A stretch of 64,000 nt of DNA from an uncultured virus (IMG/VR IMGVR_UViG_3300030099_006786) (taxonomy: Duplodnaviria; Heunggongvirae; Uroviricota; Caudoviricetes): the IMG/VR virus record IMGVR_UViG_3300030099_006786; one strand, given 5' to 3'. Position 1 is the stretch's first letter. The number at the start of each line of letters is the position of its first letter. Both the position numbers and the translations under genes were made by a program. Of the stretch, positions 42,391-51,641 are shown one piece after another. Under the pieces are notes generated by a model. The model searched no databases, was not told the DNA's origin, and saw nothing but the letters and a program-made list of their open reading frames with translations.

Positions 42391-43967
42391 CAGCTACCCT
42401 CCGTTTGTATGACGCCGTAATTAGTTGTCATTAATGTACCAGCACAACTTGCAGCATTTGTCAATGCAGTTTTTGTAACCTTAACAGGATCAATAATACC
42501 AGCCGCAATCATGTCGACCATTTCATTCTTCCTAAAGTCCCAGCCTTTATCTTCTAAATTCTCCATCAACTGATTTAATAAAACATCAGAAGACAAGCCA
42601 GCATTTCTAGCCATTTGTATAAAGGGCTCTTTACAGGCTTCTCTAACAATCGAGGCACCAATTGCCTGATCATTGTGGTCTGTTACAATGGCAATTGACT
42701 GTGTAGCTTTAATGAGTGCTGTTCCGCCACCAGAAACAATTCCATCTTCTTGTGCGGCCCTAACAGCTTCAAGGGCATCTTCAATTCTATGCTTCTTTTC
42801 AATCATTTCTACTTCGGTAGTGCCGCCAACACTGATAACAGCAACACCAGATGACAGTCTAACAATTCTATCTTGTAGTGCTTCGCATTCTTCCATAGAT
42901 TCAGTTTGTTCTATTTGAGACTTTAAAGCCTCAATCCTTTGGTCGACTTCTTTAAAATCACAATTACCACCGACAATTGTGGTTGCATATTTAGTGGCTT
43001 CAACAAACTTCGAAGTACCGAGATCAGACAAGGTAACATCAGTAAGTTTTTTACCACTTTCTCTTGTGATAAAATTAGCACCCACAGAGACTGCCAAATC
43101 ATCCAACAAATCTCGACGCTGTTGACCATAGAAGGGCGCTTTGATCGCAGCAACCTTTAACGTACCCCTCATAGCATTCATTATAAGTGCAGCTAATGCT
43201 TGACCCTCGATATCTTCAGCGACAATAATTAGTGGCCTGTTTTCTCTTGCTGAATTTTCAAGTATTGAAAGGATTTGCTCCACATTACTAATTTTATGAT
43301 CAGTGACAAGAAATAGCGGATCATCGTGCATCATCATATTTCTACGCTCGTCGGTGACAAACGCACCAGCACAATAGCCAGCGCCGACGCGAAAGCCTTC
43401 TGTCACATCTAGTGATGTTTCCAAGGAGCGAGATTCTTCAATTGTTATTGAGCCGTCCTGCCCCACGCGATCAACAGCCAAAGCAATGAGATTTCCAATA
43501 CTAGCATCGTTATTGGCTGAAATAGTAGCGATGTGTGCAATATCTTCAGCAGTCGTGACTGGCCTAGCCAATCTCTTAAGGTTGTTTGTAATTTCTTTAA
43601 CCGTTGCATCAATTCCTCTTTGTAATTCAATTGGGCTAACACCGGAAGTGATATACTTTTGTGCCTCACGCAGAATTGCTCTCGCAAGAATGGTGGCAGT
43701 CGTCGTACCATCACCGGCAGTGTTATTGGTTTCAACCGCTGCTTGCTTAATAATTTGGACAGCAGCATTTTCAAAAGGATCATCGAGTGCAACGAATGCA
43801 GCAACAGTGACACCATCTTTAGTAATGAATGGTGTCTTGCCTTTCTCTTGTAGTAATACGTTTCTGCCTCTAGGTCCCAAGGTAGATGCCACATTGTCTG
43901 CTAGAACATTGGCACCTTTCATAATTTTATTTTGTAATGATTGTTTGTTGTCGTAATCGCGACTCAT
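42390..43967 (-). CDS. groEL: Chaperonin GroEL
   Basis: TLGPRGRNV, ITKDGVTVA, GDGTTTAT, GIIDPVKV; no GGM tail. Confidence 0.97.
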   Translation of the reverse strand: MSRDYDNKQSLQNKIMKGANVLADNVASTLGPRGRNVLLQEKGKTPFITKDGVTVAAFVALDDPFENAAVQIIKQAAVETNNTAGDGTTTATILARAILREAQKYITSGVSPIELQRGIDATVKEITNNLKRLARPVTTAEDIAHIATISANNDASIGNLIALAVDRVGQDGSITIEESRSLETSLDVTEGFRVGAGYCAGAFVTDERRNMMMHDDPLFLVTDHKISNVEQILSILENSARENRPLIIVAEDIEGQALAALIMNAMRGTLKVAAIKAPFYGQQRRDLLDDLAVSVGANFITRESGKKLTDVTLSDLGTSKFVEATKYATTIVGGNCDFKEVDQRIEALKSQIEQTESMEECEALQDRIVRLSSGVAVISVGGTTEVEMIEKKHRIEDALEAVRAAQEDGIVSGGGTALIKATQSIAIVTDHNDQAIGASIVREACKEPFIQMARNAGLSSDVLLNQLMENLEDKGWDFRKNEMVDMIAAGIIDPVKVTKTALTNAASCAGTLMTTNYGVIQTEGS

Positions 43968-43988
43968 TTATACCTCATAGTTAATAAT

Positions 43989-44017
43989 ATTATATCTAAT
44001 TATTTATAAAATGTCAA
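43989..44017 (-). promoter_or_regulatory. sigma70-type promoter (groEL)
   Basis: TTGACA-17-TATAAT. Confidence 0.75.
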
Positions 44018-44018
44018 A

Positions 44019-45677
44019 TTATTTTATGTCTTTTGTTTCTTCAGTTTTCTCGCCAATCTTTCTGGCAGAGGAAATAGCGTCATTCGCTTTGCTGTCATCT
44101 GCAAGGCCACCAGCAAAATAGCCCTGTAGGTTTTCGCTAAGGTTTGCCATTTCATCGAAAATCTCAAATACTGTGCGGTTCACATCGTCCACCAGTTCAT
44201 CGAAAACAGACTGAAGGGCCTGAAGGCCAATTTCAATCTCGCCAATTTTAATTTCAGATTGGCCTTTACCAAAGACGCGGTAATTACCGGCTAAATTTTC
44301 AATGTTATAAATATCAGCACGTGTTAGTTCGTATTGGTTTCCTGAAGTCACATAGCCAAGCGTCATTAGCAGAGCACGTCTTCTTTGCTTTTCATCAAGA
44401 TTATTGAAGAACTCTCTTGAAGCTTCTGAACTAGCAAATTTCCCAAGACCTTCACCAACTTCGTCTTTCGCCTTAACAGCCTTGAAATAAATTTCTTTTG
44501 CTTTTTCTTGTGCGGCGCCCAATATCGTTGCTAATTGAACTGGATCGGCCCCTTCAATTTGATTCTGTTCTAAAAAGTTAGTAACTAATTCTAAAACCGG
44601 AGATTTTTTAGTCGGTGCGCCGGTTTCTTTTTTATGGAATTTAAAGCCATCACGACCGATTTTGTTACCCCTAAAGAGTTTATTATTTGATAAATAACCA
44701 AGCTCACTACGTAAATCATCCAACCAAGGTACGTTTCCGACTTGACCTTTGACAATCTCATAAAATTTAGCTTCAATTTGCTCAACTGCCGGCAATTTTG
44801 GAATTTTAAATTCAAGGCCGCGTTCACCAGAAACGACACTGGCTGGCAATCTGATTAATTCACTATTTTCACGGGGTGCGCTACGATATAAAATCTCAAT
44901 AACGTTCTCAGAAGTCAAGTCGTATTGGAAGACTCCAATTTGCCCCTGTCTTCGCAAGTCATCTCCCTCTAAAGTTTTAGTGGCGACAACGTATCGCATG
45001 AAAGCTTTTGGCCTCTTAACCAAATCGCCTATTAATGCATTATAACTACCACCAGCCTTCAAAGTTTTTTCATTATAAAGCTTAAGACTGATTGGTATGC
45101 CATCGGCGGTAATATCAGCAATCGTATCTGCGCCAGCCGCAGGGATCTGTTGACCGCCAAGCAACACTGCCAAGAACGCTTCAAAGTTAAAACCTGCCGA
45201 AGACGCATTAAAATTGGTAATAACAGTTGTCAGAGTTTTAAGGAAAACTAGATATGCCAACACAGATGCAATTTTTTGACCTTGTGTTTCACCATAAGAA
45301 GGTAATTCTTTTACGCGGCTAGGATCTGTGAGCATCTTTGAGATGGTATTAAGCTTCACACGCAAATCACTGCCTTCAATGGTGCGTAAATATTGTTCCA
45401 ATTCCTCTCTTTTGGCCATGGCGCCTTCGTCATTACTATTGAGAGAGGCCCAGCCTAATTCAGAAACAGAAGGAGCGGGAATTGCCCTAGTTGATATGGT
45501 CTTTTTGCCAGAAAACATTTGCTGTTGATTGCTTTTCTTTTTCTCATCAAGAGACATGAAGCTTTCAAAGTTTTCTTTTAAGGCAATAACTTCATCAACC
45601 ATTTCTAAAATGTTTTTAAAATTTATTTTACCCTGTTTATTATATTCTTCTTTTAAGATTTCTTTTAAATTAGCCAT
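44019..45677 (-). CDS. Putative virion protein with PD-(D/E)xK-like motif
   Basis: LKEILKEE leader; GFNFEAFL...IADI...ISLK. Confidence 0.6.
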   Translation of the reverse strand: MANLKEILKEEYNKQGKINFKNILEMVDEVIALKENFESFMSLDEKKKSNQQQMFSGKKTISTRAIPAPSVSELGWASLNSNDEGAMAKREELEQYLRTIEGSDLRVKLNTISKMLTDPSRVKELPSYGETQGQKIASVLAYLVFLKTLTTVITNFNASSAGFNFEAFLAVLLGGQQIPAAGADTIADITADGIPISLKLYNEKTLKAGGSYNALIGDLVKRPKAFMRYVVATKTLEGDDLRRQGQIGVFQYDLTSENVIEILYRSAPRENSELIRLPASVVSGERGLEFKIPKLPAVEQIEAKFYEIVKGQVGNVPWLDDLRSELGYLSNNKLFRGNKIGRDGFKFHKKETGAPTKKSPVLELVTNFLEQNQIEGADPVQLATILGAAQEKAKEIYFKAVKAKDEVGEGLGKFASSEASREFFNNLDEKQRRRALLMTLGYVTSGNQYELTRADIYNIENLAGNYRVFGKGQSEIKIGEIEIGLQALQSVFDELVDDVNRTVFEIFDEMANLSENLQGYFAGGLADDSKANDAISSARKIGEKTEETKDIK

Positions 45678-45687
45678 TTATTTTTCC

Positions 45688-46353
45688 TTAAACAATAATG
45701 TCAGCGATCCCAAGTTCCAAAGCTTCTTCTGCTGATAAGTAGACATTTACTTTTTCGTTAAGCATTTTTCTTAATTGCTTTTTGGTCATCTTCGTGTTAT
45801 CAACCAAAGCGTTTACATAATCTTCTTGTAGTTGCTCAATTGCAGATAATTCGTTAGCTAAATTTGGTAGCGATCCAGCCGTTCCGCCCATGACATTATG
45901 AATCATCACTCTACAATTTTGACCGATCTTTCTCTGGCCTTGCGTACCAGCGGCGAGCACTAAAACCCCTGCGGACATTACTTTACCTAGGCCAATAGTT
46001 TGAATGTCTGTTTCTTTTTTAACATAATTCATTACATCATATAATGCAAACATATCATCGGCGTTTCCGCCATAGGTAGATACATAAAACTCAATGGGCT
46101 TTTTCTTTTCCTGATCTGTTTCAAGTATATTAATTTCGTTTAAGTATAATAGACCCTGAATTAGTTCTGCTACCTTTTCTTCCGATACGTCACCAAATAA
46201 TCCAATAGTCCTCAAATCAGGCTCCTTGGGCGGCTCACCAACGCCAAGTGAGTCAGAATCTATTATAACAATCTTTTTTTCTTTATTAGAATCATCACCT
46301 TCTTGCATAAGTTCGGACAATTTCTTTTTTACTTTATCAATCAATTTTTTCAC
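45688..46353 (-). CDS. clpP: ClpP family protease subunit
   Basis: STYGG, GLGKVMSAG, MIH, YLSAEEALELGIAD; Asn at the usual triad Asp position. Confidence 0.88.
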   Translation of the reverse strand: MKKLIDKVKKKLSELMQEGDDSNKEKKIVIIDSDSLGVGEPPKEPDLRTIGLFGDVSEEKVAELIQGLLYLNEINILETDQEKKKPIEFYVSTYGGNADDMFALYDVMNYVKKETDIQTIGLGKVMSAGVLVLAAGTQGQRKIGQNCRVMIHNVMGGTAGSLPNLANELSAIEQLQEDYVNALVDNTKMTKKQLRKMLNEKVNVYLSAEEALELGIADIIV

Positions 46354-46762
46354 CCTCTGTTAAAAAAATAGCGGCAACCTGTCTATTCTCTTGTAAGTAG
46401 TTCATTGCACTATTCCAATCATTAAAGCTAATCAAAGTTCTGAATCTTTCTGGATGGGCAGCGATAATAGACAATATTATTGTTTCTTTAAATCTTTCAA
46501 CTTCATCAGTATCATTAGCTTTTGTTTTTTCGTATAAATCGGTACCGGGAGGCATGCCAGTTTTTGAAAGCGCTCGTAGCTTTGTGTACGTGGCAAAAGA
46601 ATAAGCCTCAATGCATTTAGATAGAATTGTTAAACATATCACATGCGACAATTTAATCATCAACACTGATAGGCGCGCACTATTGAAAAAATAAAAAGTT
46701 TTACATGTTATATATCCAAAAATGAATACCAAAAAATTAAGCAGGTAATATTCCCAACTCAT
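46337..46762 (-). CDS. Membrane protein
   Basis: Start moved to MSWEYY behind TAGGA. Confidence 0.7.
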   Translation of the reverse strand: MSWEYYLLNFLVFIFGYITCKTFYFFNSARLSVLMIKLSHVICLTILSKCIEAYSFATYTKLRALSKTGMPPGTDLYEKTKANDTDEVERFKETIILSIIAAHPERFRTLISFNDWNSAMNYLQENRQVAAIFLTEGEKID

Positions 46763-46771
46763 ATAAATCCT

Positions 46772-46804
46772 AAAAAAATAACCACCAAGAGTCTTAGTGG
46801 TTAT
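46772..46804 (-). terminator. Intrinsic terminator
   Basis: ATAACCACTAAG-ACT-CTTGGTGGTTAT followed by T run. Confidence 0.8.
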
Positions 46805-46831
46805 CATATCATGTTATTGAACGTATGTCAA
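46803..46831 (-). promoter_or_regulatory. sigma70-type promoter overlapping terminator
   Basis: TTGACA-17-TG-TATGAT. Confidence 0.6.
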
Positions 46832-46832
46832 C

Positions 46833-47537
46833 TTATTTTCCAGAGAGTCTGTTAAAAATTCTCTCTGCAAGTTGTTCTGCAATGTCGTTATGTTCCTTCT
46901 CGGCTTGAAGTCTCTCAGCAACTCGCTTTGCGACTTCTGCAACAATTTCATCTTCTGATGCTTCTTCCATGTATCTCATACCGGGAGAATCGTCCTCGTC
47001 ATCCTCATCATCTGCTTCCATCATACCAACATCAACCTCTTCTTCGTCTTCTGGAGACATAGCGGCATCCATGTCATCATCACCCCCTTCGCCGCCGAGG
47101 TCATCAACGGGGTCTACGTCCATTGCGCCCCCATCATCGCCGCCGTCGTCCATATCGACTTCGACACCAACCAAATCAGCTAATTGACGAACTAGATCCA
47201 TAAATTGATCTTCTTTATCGTCACCGCCCATATCTGGCGAATCATCACCCATATCCATCTCGGGTTCTGGAGCCATATCCATTTCAGGCTCTTCGCCGGG
47301 CTTGTCCATTTCAGGCTCATCATCGGACATGCCCATTTCAGGCTCATCTTCTTCTTGATCCATGGCCATTTCGGTAACTTCTAGTTCTTCATCCACTTTT
47401 TCTTCATCGTCTTTCTCTTCGTCGATGGTATTAGAATCAGAAAATTTATCAAAGCCATTCTCAGCCAGCGGCTCGATGCTAGCGAGCTTCATGAATCTAC
47501 GAATTTCGGATTCATTTAAAAGTGTTTTTTGAGCCAT
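46833..47537 (-). CDS. Very acidic low-complexity protein, scaffold/core-like
   Basis: LLNESEIRRFMKLA leader; EPEMD repeats. Confidence 0.7.
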   Translation of the reverse strand: MAQKTLLNESEIRRFMKLASIEPLAENGFDKFSDSNTIDEEKDDEEKVDEELEVTEMAMDQEEDEPEMGMSDDEPEMDKPGEEPEMDMAPEPEMDMGDDSPDMGGDDKEDQFMDLVRQLADLVGVEVDMDDGGDDGGAMDVDPVDDLGGEGGDDDMDAAMSPEDEEEVDVGMMEADDEDDEDDSPGMRYMEEASEDEIVAEVAKRVAERLQAEKEHNDIAEQLAERIFNRLSGK

Positions 47538-47596
47538 TATGACGTTCTCCTTAAAATAAACTCAACATTAAATAGTTAGCTAAATCAATAAAAGCA

Positions 47597-47857
47597 CTAA
47601 AATTTAAACCACTGCAAGTTTGGGTTAGAATTCAATTTTTTCAAAGCCCTGTCTTGTAATTGCTTGACTCTGGCGAAAGAAATATTCAATCTTGATGCAG
47701 TTTCCCTAAGAGTAAGTCTGCCATGCTTATATATTGAAACTAAAGTACAATTATTATCTTCTTGATAATCTATGTGGTGCCGGCACTCTTGCACGGGACA
47801 AACCAAATCTTTCGATAAACAATGCCTAGCACATTTTAATAATCCATCCCCTCTCAT
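47597..47857 (-). CDS. Stand-alone sigma70 region-4 HTH protein with Cys-rich N-terminus
   Basis: LTLRETASRLNISFARVKQLQDRALKKL; five Cys upstream. Confidence 0.8.
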   Translation of the reverse strand: MRGDGLLKCARHCLSKDLVCPVQECRHHIDYQEDNNCTLVSIYKHGRLTLRETASRLNISFARVKQLQDRALKKLNSNPNLQWFKF

Positions 47858-48195
47858 AATTCTGGTTTCTGTTCCTCTATAATGTCAAATAGTTTTTCTA
47901 ATTCAATTTCTGAAAATCCAAAATCTTGGATTTTTTGCCGGCCAATTTTTTTGAGAGATCGTGATTTTTCGATTCTTTGTTTACTTAAGATTTTGTTGTC
48001 TTTGACGAAATCATCAATGTATGAGCATATACGCTCATCTGAATTTATAAAACCACTCATCACGGCCCTGAAGAAATCAGACTGGCTAATTGAATTGTGT
48101 CTAAGTCTTAAGATAAATTTAGCATGCTGGTGATCTGTTTCTTCAAAAACAATCTTCTTTAAATTGTTTCCGTAGCTGCTCTCGTCAATCGTCAC
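47854..48195 (-). CDS. Putative ribbon-helix-helix-like DNA-binding protein
   Basis: KKIVF...SQSDFFRAVM pattern. Confidence 0.45.
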   Translation of the reverse strand: MTIDESSYGNNLKKIVFEETDHQHAKFILRLRHNSISQSDFFRAVMSGFINSDERICSYIDDFVKDNKILSKQRIEKSRSLKKIGRQKIQDFGFSEIELEKLFDIIEEQKPEL

Positions 48196-49214
48196 CAGTT
48201 TCTCGCTAAGATATGAGTATTGCTTTCATTTAATCCAGAGGTAGTTTGCTTAACAAATTCAGCGTTAGAGTGCAATTGCTTTAACTCTGTCGCACCAGAG
48301 TATGAGAACCCAGACCTAATATTTCTATTTAAATCACTCAGAATGCTGGTTACAGAGCCTCTATACGGCACCTTAGTGGCCACACCCTCAAAGGACGAAT
48401 ACTTCCCTCGCCAATCATTCTGTGCTTCCTTAGATGCCATACCTCTGTAGGTCTTAAATTTAAAGCCGTTCTCGTCAGTGAAAACTCGGCCCGGTGTCTC
48501 AGACGTGCCAGCCAGCAAAGAGCCACACATAACAGCGTCAGCACCAGCGGCCAAAGCCTTAACGATATCACCGGCATTACGAATGCCACCATCGGCAATA
48601 ATTTTAACGTCACGATCTGTTTTAGAGCAGTCTAATATTGTTTGCAGCCCGGGTAGGCCATGACCAGTTTGAATTCTGGTCGAGCAAATAGAGCCACCAC
48701 CAATATTACACCTAACAGAGTCAGCACCCCAATCAGATAAATCATTGACACCCTCTAGAGTTGCAACGTTACCTGCCATAATATGAACATCATCGCCAAT
48801 TGCTTCCCTTAATTGGCTTAAAGCCTCTTTCATTAAAATATGATGACCATGGGCAACATCGATGCACACAAAACTAGCACCAGATTTTAAACAGGCCTGA
48901 GCCCTCTCAACAAAGTCGCCAGAGATACCAACGGCAACACCAACAACTTTAGCGCCTGCTGTAATTGCATCTTTGACCATCGCTCTTTGCTGCTCAAGGT
49001 TATTATATCTGTGAATGATCGCGGTGGCGCCGGCGAATGACATAGCACGGGCCATGTCCCACTCTGAAACCGTATCCATCGGGGATGCGATAATCGGGAG
49101 TAGAAGATTTAAGCCTTTGCCCAAGTCAGAGCTAATATCAATATCTGATCTAGTGCGAATCTCTGAATATTGCGGCACTAGTAATACATCATCGTAAGTC
49201 AATGTGTCTTTCAT
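48192..49214 (-). CDS. guaB: IMP dehydrogenase / GMP reductase family (no CBS domains)
   Basis: LTYDDVLLVP, SPMDTV, IDVAHGH, GGGSICSTR, ADGG, YRGMAS. Confidence 0.9.
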   Translation of the reverse strand: MKDTLTYDDVLLVPQYSEIRTRSDIDISSDLGKGLNLLLPIIASPMDTVSEWDMARAMSFAGATAIIHRYNNLEQQRAMVKDAITAGAKVVGVAVGISGDFVERAQACLKSGASFVCIDVAHGHHILMKEALSQLREAIGDDVHIMAGNVATLEGVNDLSDWGADSVRCNIGGGSICSTRIQTGHGLPGLQTILDCSKTDRDVKIIADGGIRNAGDIVKALAAGADAVMCGSLLAGTSETPGRVFTDENGFKFKTYRGMASKEAQNDWRGKYSSFEGVATKVPYRGSVTSILSDLNRNIRSGFSYSGATELKQLHSNAEFVKQTTSGLNESNTHILARNW

Positions 49215-49215
49215 T

Positions 49216-49575
49216 TTAATCTTTATTGTCCTTTATAAATTGTATAATATCTTTCGAGCGATACCAAGTATGGTCACTCGGCTTATCTGGATCTGGCATG
49301 ACAGAAATTTTATGATTGTCGCCAGTTTTAATAATGCAAATTGTAGGCGTTCCATAAAAGCCTAATTTTTTTTCGATACCCTCACCACGATTCATATTGA
49401 AAACACAAAAATTAATACCACTAAACTTTCTTGATATATCAATATAATAATCTCTCAAATGAATGCACATGGGGCATGTGTCAGAATAAAACTTAATGAC
49501 ATTAACTGCATTTTCTTGATTTTCATTAGCAATCATGTCATCTAATTTACTTCTGTTCAGTTTCTTCATTTTCAT
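49216..49575 (-). CDS. Thioredoxin-like protein
   Basis: KFYSDTCPMC, GTPT. Confidence 0.8.
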   Translation of the reverse strand: MKMKKLNRSKLDDMIANENQENAVNVIKFYSDTCPMCIHLRDYYIDISRKFSGINFCVFNMNRGEGIEKKLGFYGTPTICIIKTGDNHKISVMPDPDKPSDHTWYRSKDIIQFIKDNKD

Positions 49576-49828
49576 TTTTTGTTAGTCCTAAATTTTCTAA
49601 AGTTTCACGTGTCTTTTCAATACAGTCAGGGCAAAACAATCTTACCACCTCTTGTTTAACAACCACGTTCCATGAATTTAACATATCTTTATTTGTTTTG
49701 TCAAATTCTTTATCGCACGCACTGCACGATGTTGGCATTTTATTAAACAAAAATACTTTGTCGGAAAGCTGCTGAGTAGCATCCTTACTGGTATGCTTTT
49801 GCATAGCACGTCGTTGCTTTCTATTCAC
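49547..49828 (-). CDS. Zinc-finger hypothetical protein
   Basis: MNRKQRR, CSAC...CPDC. Confidence 0.75.
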   Translation of the reverse strand: MNRKQRRAMQKHTSKDATQQLSDKVFLFNKMPTSCSACDKEFDKTNKDMLNSWNVVVKQEVVRLFCPDCIEKTRETLENLGLTKNENEETEQK

Positions 49829-50159
49829 CTTTTCTCACATTGTTTTGTTGTGAGCGTCTAAATGTTGGAGAGTTATTTTCATTGACCGTGATAGTTTTTT
49901 CTTCCTCTTCTTCAACAAAAACCTCTGTTGGTTCTTCAGGCGGCTCTTCTTCAGTAGGCCCCGACAAAAGATCCTCACTGTACTGTTGAAGCGTAAGCAT
50001 AGCGCCCTCAAATTGAACCAACTCAAGGGCCCGAGCAGCTAAAAATTCTGAGTCGCCTTGCACAGTGGGTTGCTCACAGCGGTCTTTAATAATCCCATAT
50101 GTCTCTACCGCTTTAGATTTCAATAACAATATGGTTGCATTAATTTTACTATTTGACAT
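49821..50159 (-). CDS. Hypothetical protein
   Basis: AAGGA RBS. Confidence 0.7.
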   Translation of the reverse strand: MSNSKINATILLLKSKAVETYGIIKDRCEQPTVQGDSEFLAARALELVQFEGAMLTLQQYSEDLLSGPTEEEPPEEPTEVFVEEEEEKTITVNENNSPTFRRSQQNNVRKGE

Positions 50160-50169
50160 TTTTTTATCC

Positions 50170-50643
50170 TTATTTATTCATGGCACCAAAAATTTGCCTT
50201 TGATTAGTTCCTTCAAAGACGACGACAGCAGATGGGAATGGTGCTGCATTCGTACTGTCGCCAAATTTTAATCTACCTTTCACAAAATATACTTCATCGG
50301 CGCGCATGACATATTGGTGCCAGTATTTTGTATCGGTTCGCGCAGGAATTAGCATGACAGCCTTAGTGCCATCTTTGCGTGATTCCTCAAAGGCTTTTTT
50401 GATCCATTTTTCAATGCCTCTGCCATATGGTGGGTTGATAAAACTAGTAAACCCTTCCCAATTCTTAGACAAGCCATCGTCAGCTTCAGTGAAAAACTGT
50501 GTGCATTTCGTATTATCGCTATCAGCACATGGATCTAAATTGAAAGGACCAAATCGCCAATCAAGTTTATTGAAAAAATCTTGAGGCGTAGCCCACTCAC
50601 CTGTTTTTGATGAAAACATAGTCGCTTGTGCTTGTTTATTCAT
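50170..50643 (-). CDS. Phage-type DNA N6-adenine methyltransferase
   Basis: Start moved to MNKQAQ; WATP, LDPCA, NPPY, LIPARTDT, GRLKF. Confidence 0.92.
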   Translation of the reverse strand: MNKQAQATMFSSKTGEWATPQDFFNKLDWRFGPFNLDPCADSDNTKCTQFFTEADDGLSKNWEGFTSFINPPYGRGIEKWIKKAFEESRKDGTKAVMLIPARTDTKYWHQYVMRADEVYFVKGRLKFGDSTNAAPFPSAVVVFEGTNQRQIFGAMNK

Positions 50644-50878
50644 CTGTGACCCCAGAAATAATTCCAAAGTTTTCAACAACCTCATCAATATCAACCTTGT
50701 GCTTAAAAAGTCGATAAGCTTTAACGGCAGCTCTAATTTCATCTGTGTTTAGCCAGCCATTATTTCTAAACTCGGCGCGCAATTCACGCTTTTGTTCTTG
50801 ATAGGGTTCAATACACTCTTCAATTTCCCTAAGCGATCGAATGTATTCTTTAACGTATTGTTTTTTTTGATTGGACAT
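50636..50878 (-). CDS. DsbA(T4)/GapR-like small DNA-binding protein
   Basis: Start MSNQKK behind GGAGG; YIRSLREIE...KRELR...IRAAVK. Confidence 0.6.
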   Translation of the reverse strand: MSNQKKQYVKEYIRSLREIEECIEPYQEQKRELRAEFRNNGWLNTDEIRAAVKAYRLFKHKVDIDEVVENFGIISGVTDE

Positions 50879-50900
50879 TAGCCCTCCTTTGTTCATTATT

Positions 50901-50929
50901 AATATATCAAACTAATCTATCATTGTCAA
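50901..50929 (-). promoter_or_regulatory. sigma70-type promoter
   Basis: TTGACA-17-TG-TATATT. Confidence 0.75.
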
Positions 50930-51627
50930 CAATTAATACCAAAAAGTTGTTTAATAAATTTTTTGACAAGTAAGTCTTTTTCATCATCAGATTCACACTC
51001 TGCAAACAAATAATTATAAGTTGTTTTTTTACCAGCTAGCTTTTGATCGAGCAAATCAATCTGTCTTCTCATCCAATTAATTTGTTCTTTGTAATTCTTT
51101 GGTAGTGAAATATTATACTTTTCGGCAAGGTCAAGTAAAATAAAATACCTTTTTGTTTCTAGCGATTCTTTAGCCTCATTAAATAGTTCCAAATGTCTTG
51201 ATTTCTCATCTTCCGGCATATCTTTTTTCATGCGATCGGGGTGTAAATGTAAAGCTAATTTTTTAAACAATTTATTGAACGCCTCATGAACCTCTGAATT
51301 CTCCTTTTCGATGATTTGTTCTTCTTCGGAAATGGCATCAGAACTATGTGCAAGAACATTAGATTCAGTCTCGTTCTCATTGTCTTGTAGAAATCTCCCG
51401 TTTGTTTTTTCTTCTCTCAAGCCTTTGTAAGCATTTTCAACTTTATCACTATGATTTTTATTTAGTTCTTTTAAAGAAATTTCATTCTTTGCACAATAAG
51501 TCTCAAGATAATTTTGAAATTCATTGCCAGTTTTATTAGAAATCTCAACAACTAAATCTATTTCATCATGCAGGTATCTCAGTTTATTAACATACCTTTT
51601 CCACTGTAATTTTTGACTAGCTGACAT
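50926..51627 (-). CDS. J-domain protein
   Basis: LFKKLALHLHPD...LFNEAKE. Confidence 0.8.
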   Translation of the reverse strand: MSASQKLQWKRYVNKLRYLHDEIDLVVEISNKTGNEFQNYLETYCAKNEISLKELNKNHSDKVENAYKGLREEKTNGRFLQDNENETESNVLAHSSDAISEEEQIIEKENSEVHEAFNKLFKKLALHLHPDRMKKDMPEDEKSRHLELFNEAKESLETKRYFILLDLAEKYNISLPKNYKEQINWMRRQIDLLDQKLAGKKTTYNYLFAECESDDEKDLLVKKFIKQLFGINC

Positions 51628-51641
51628 TTGAAGGCTCCAGC

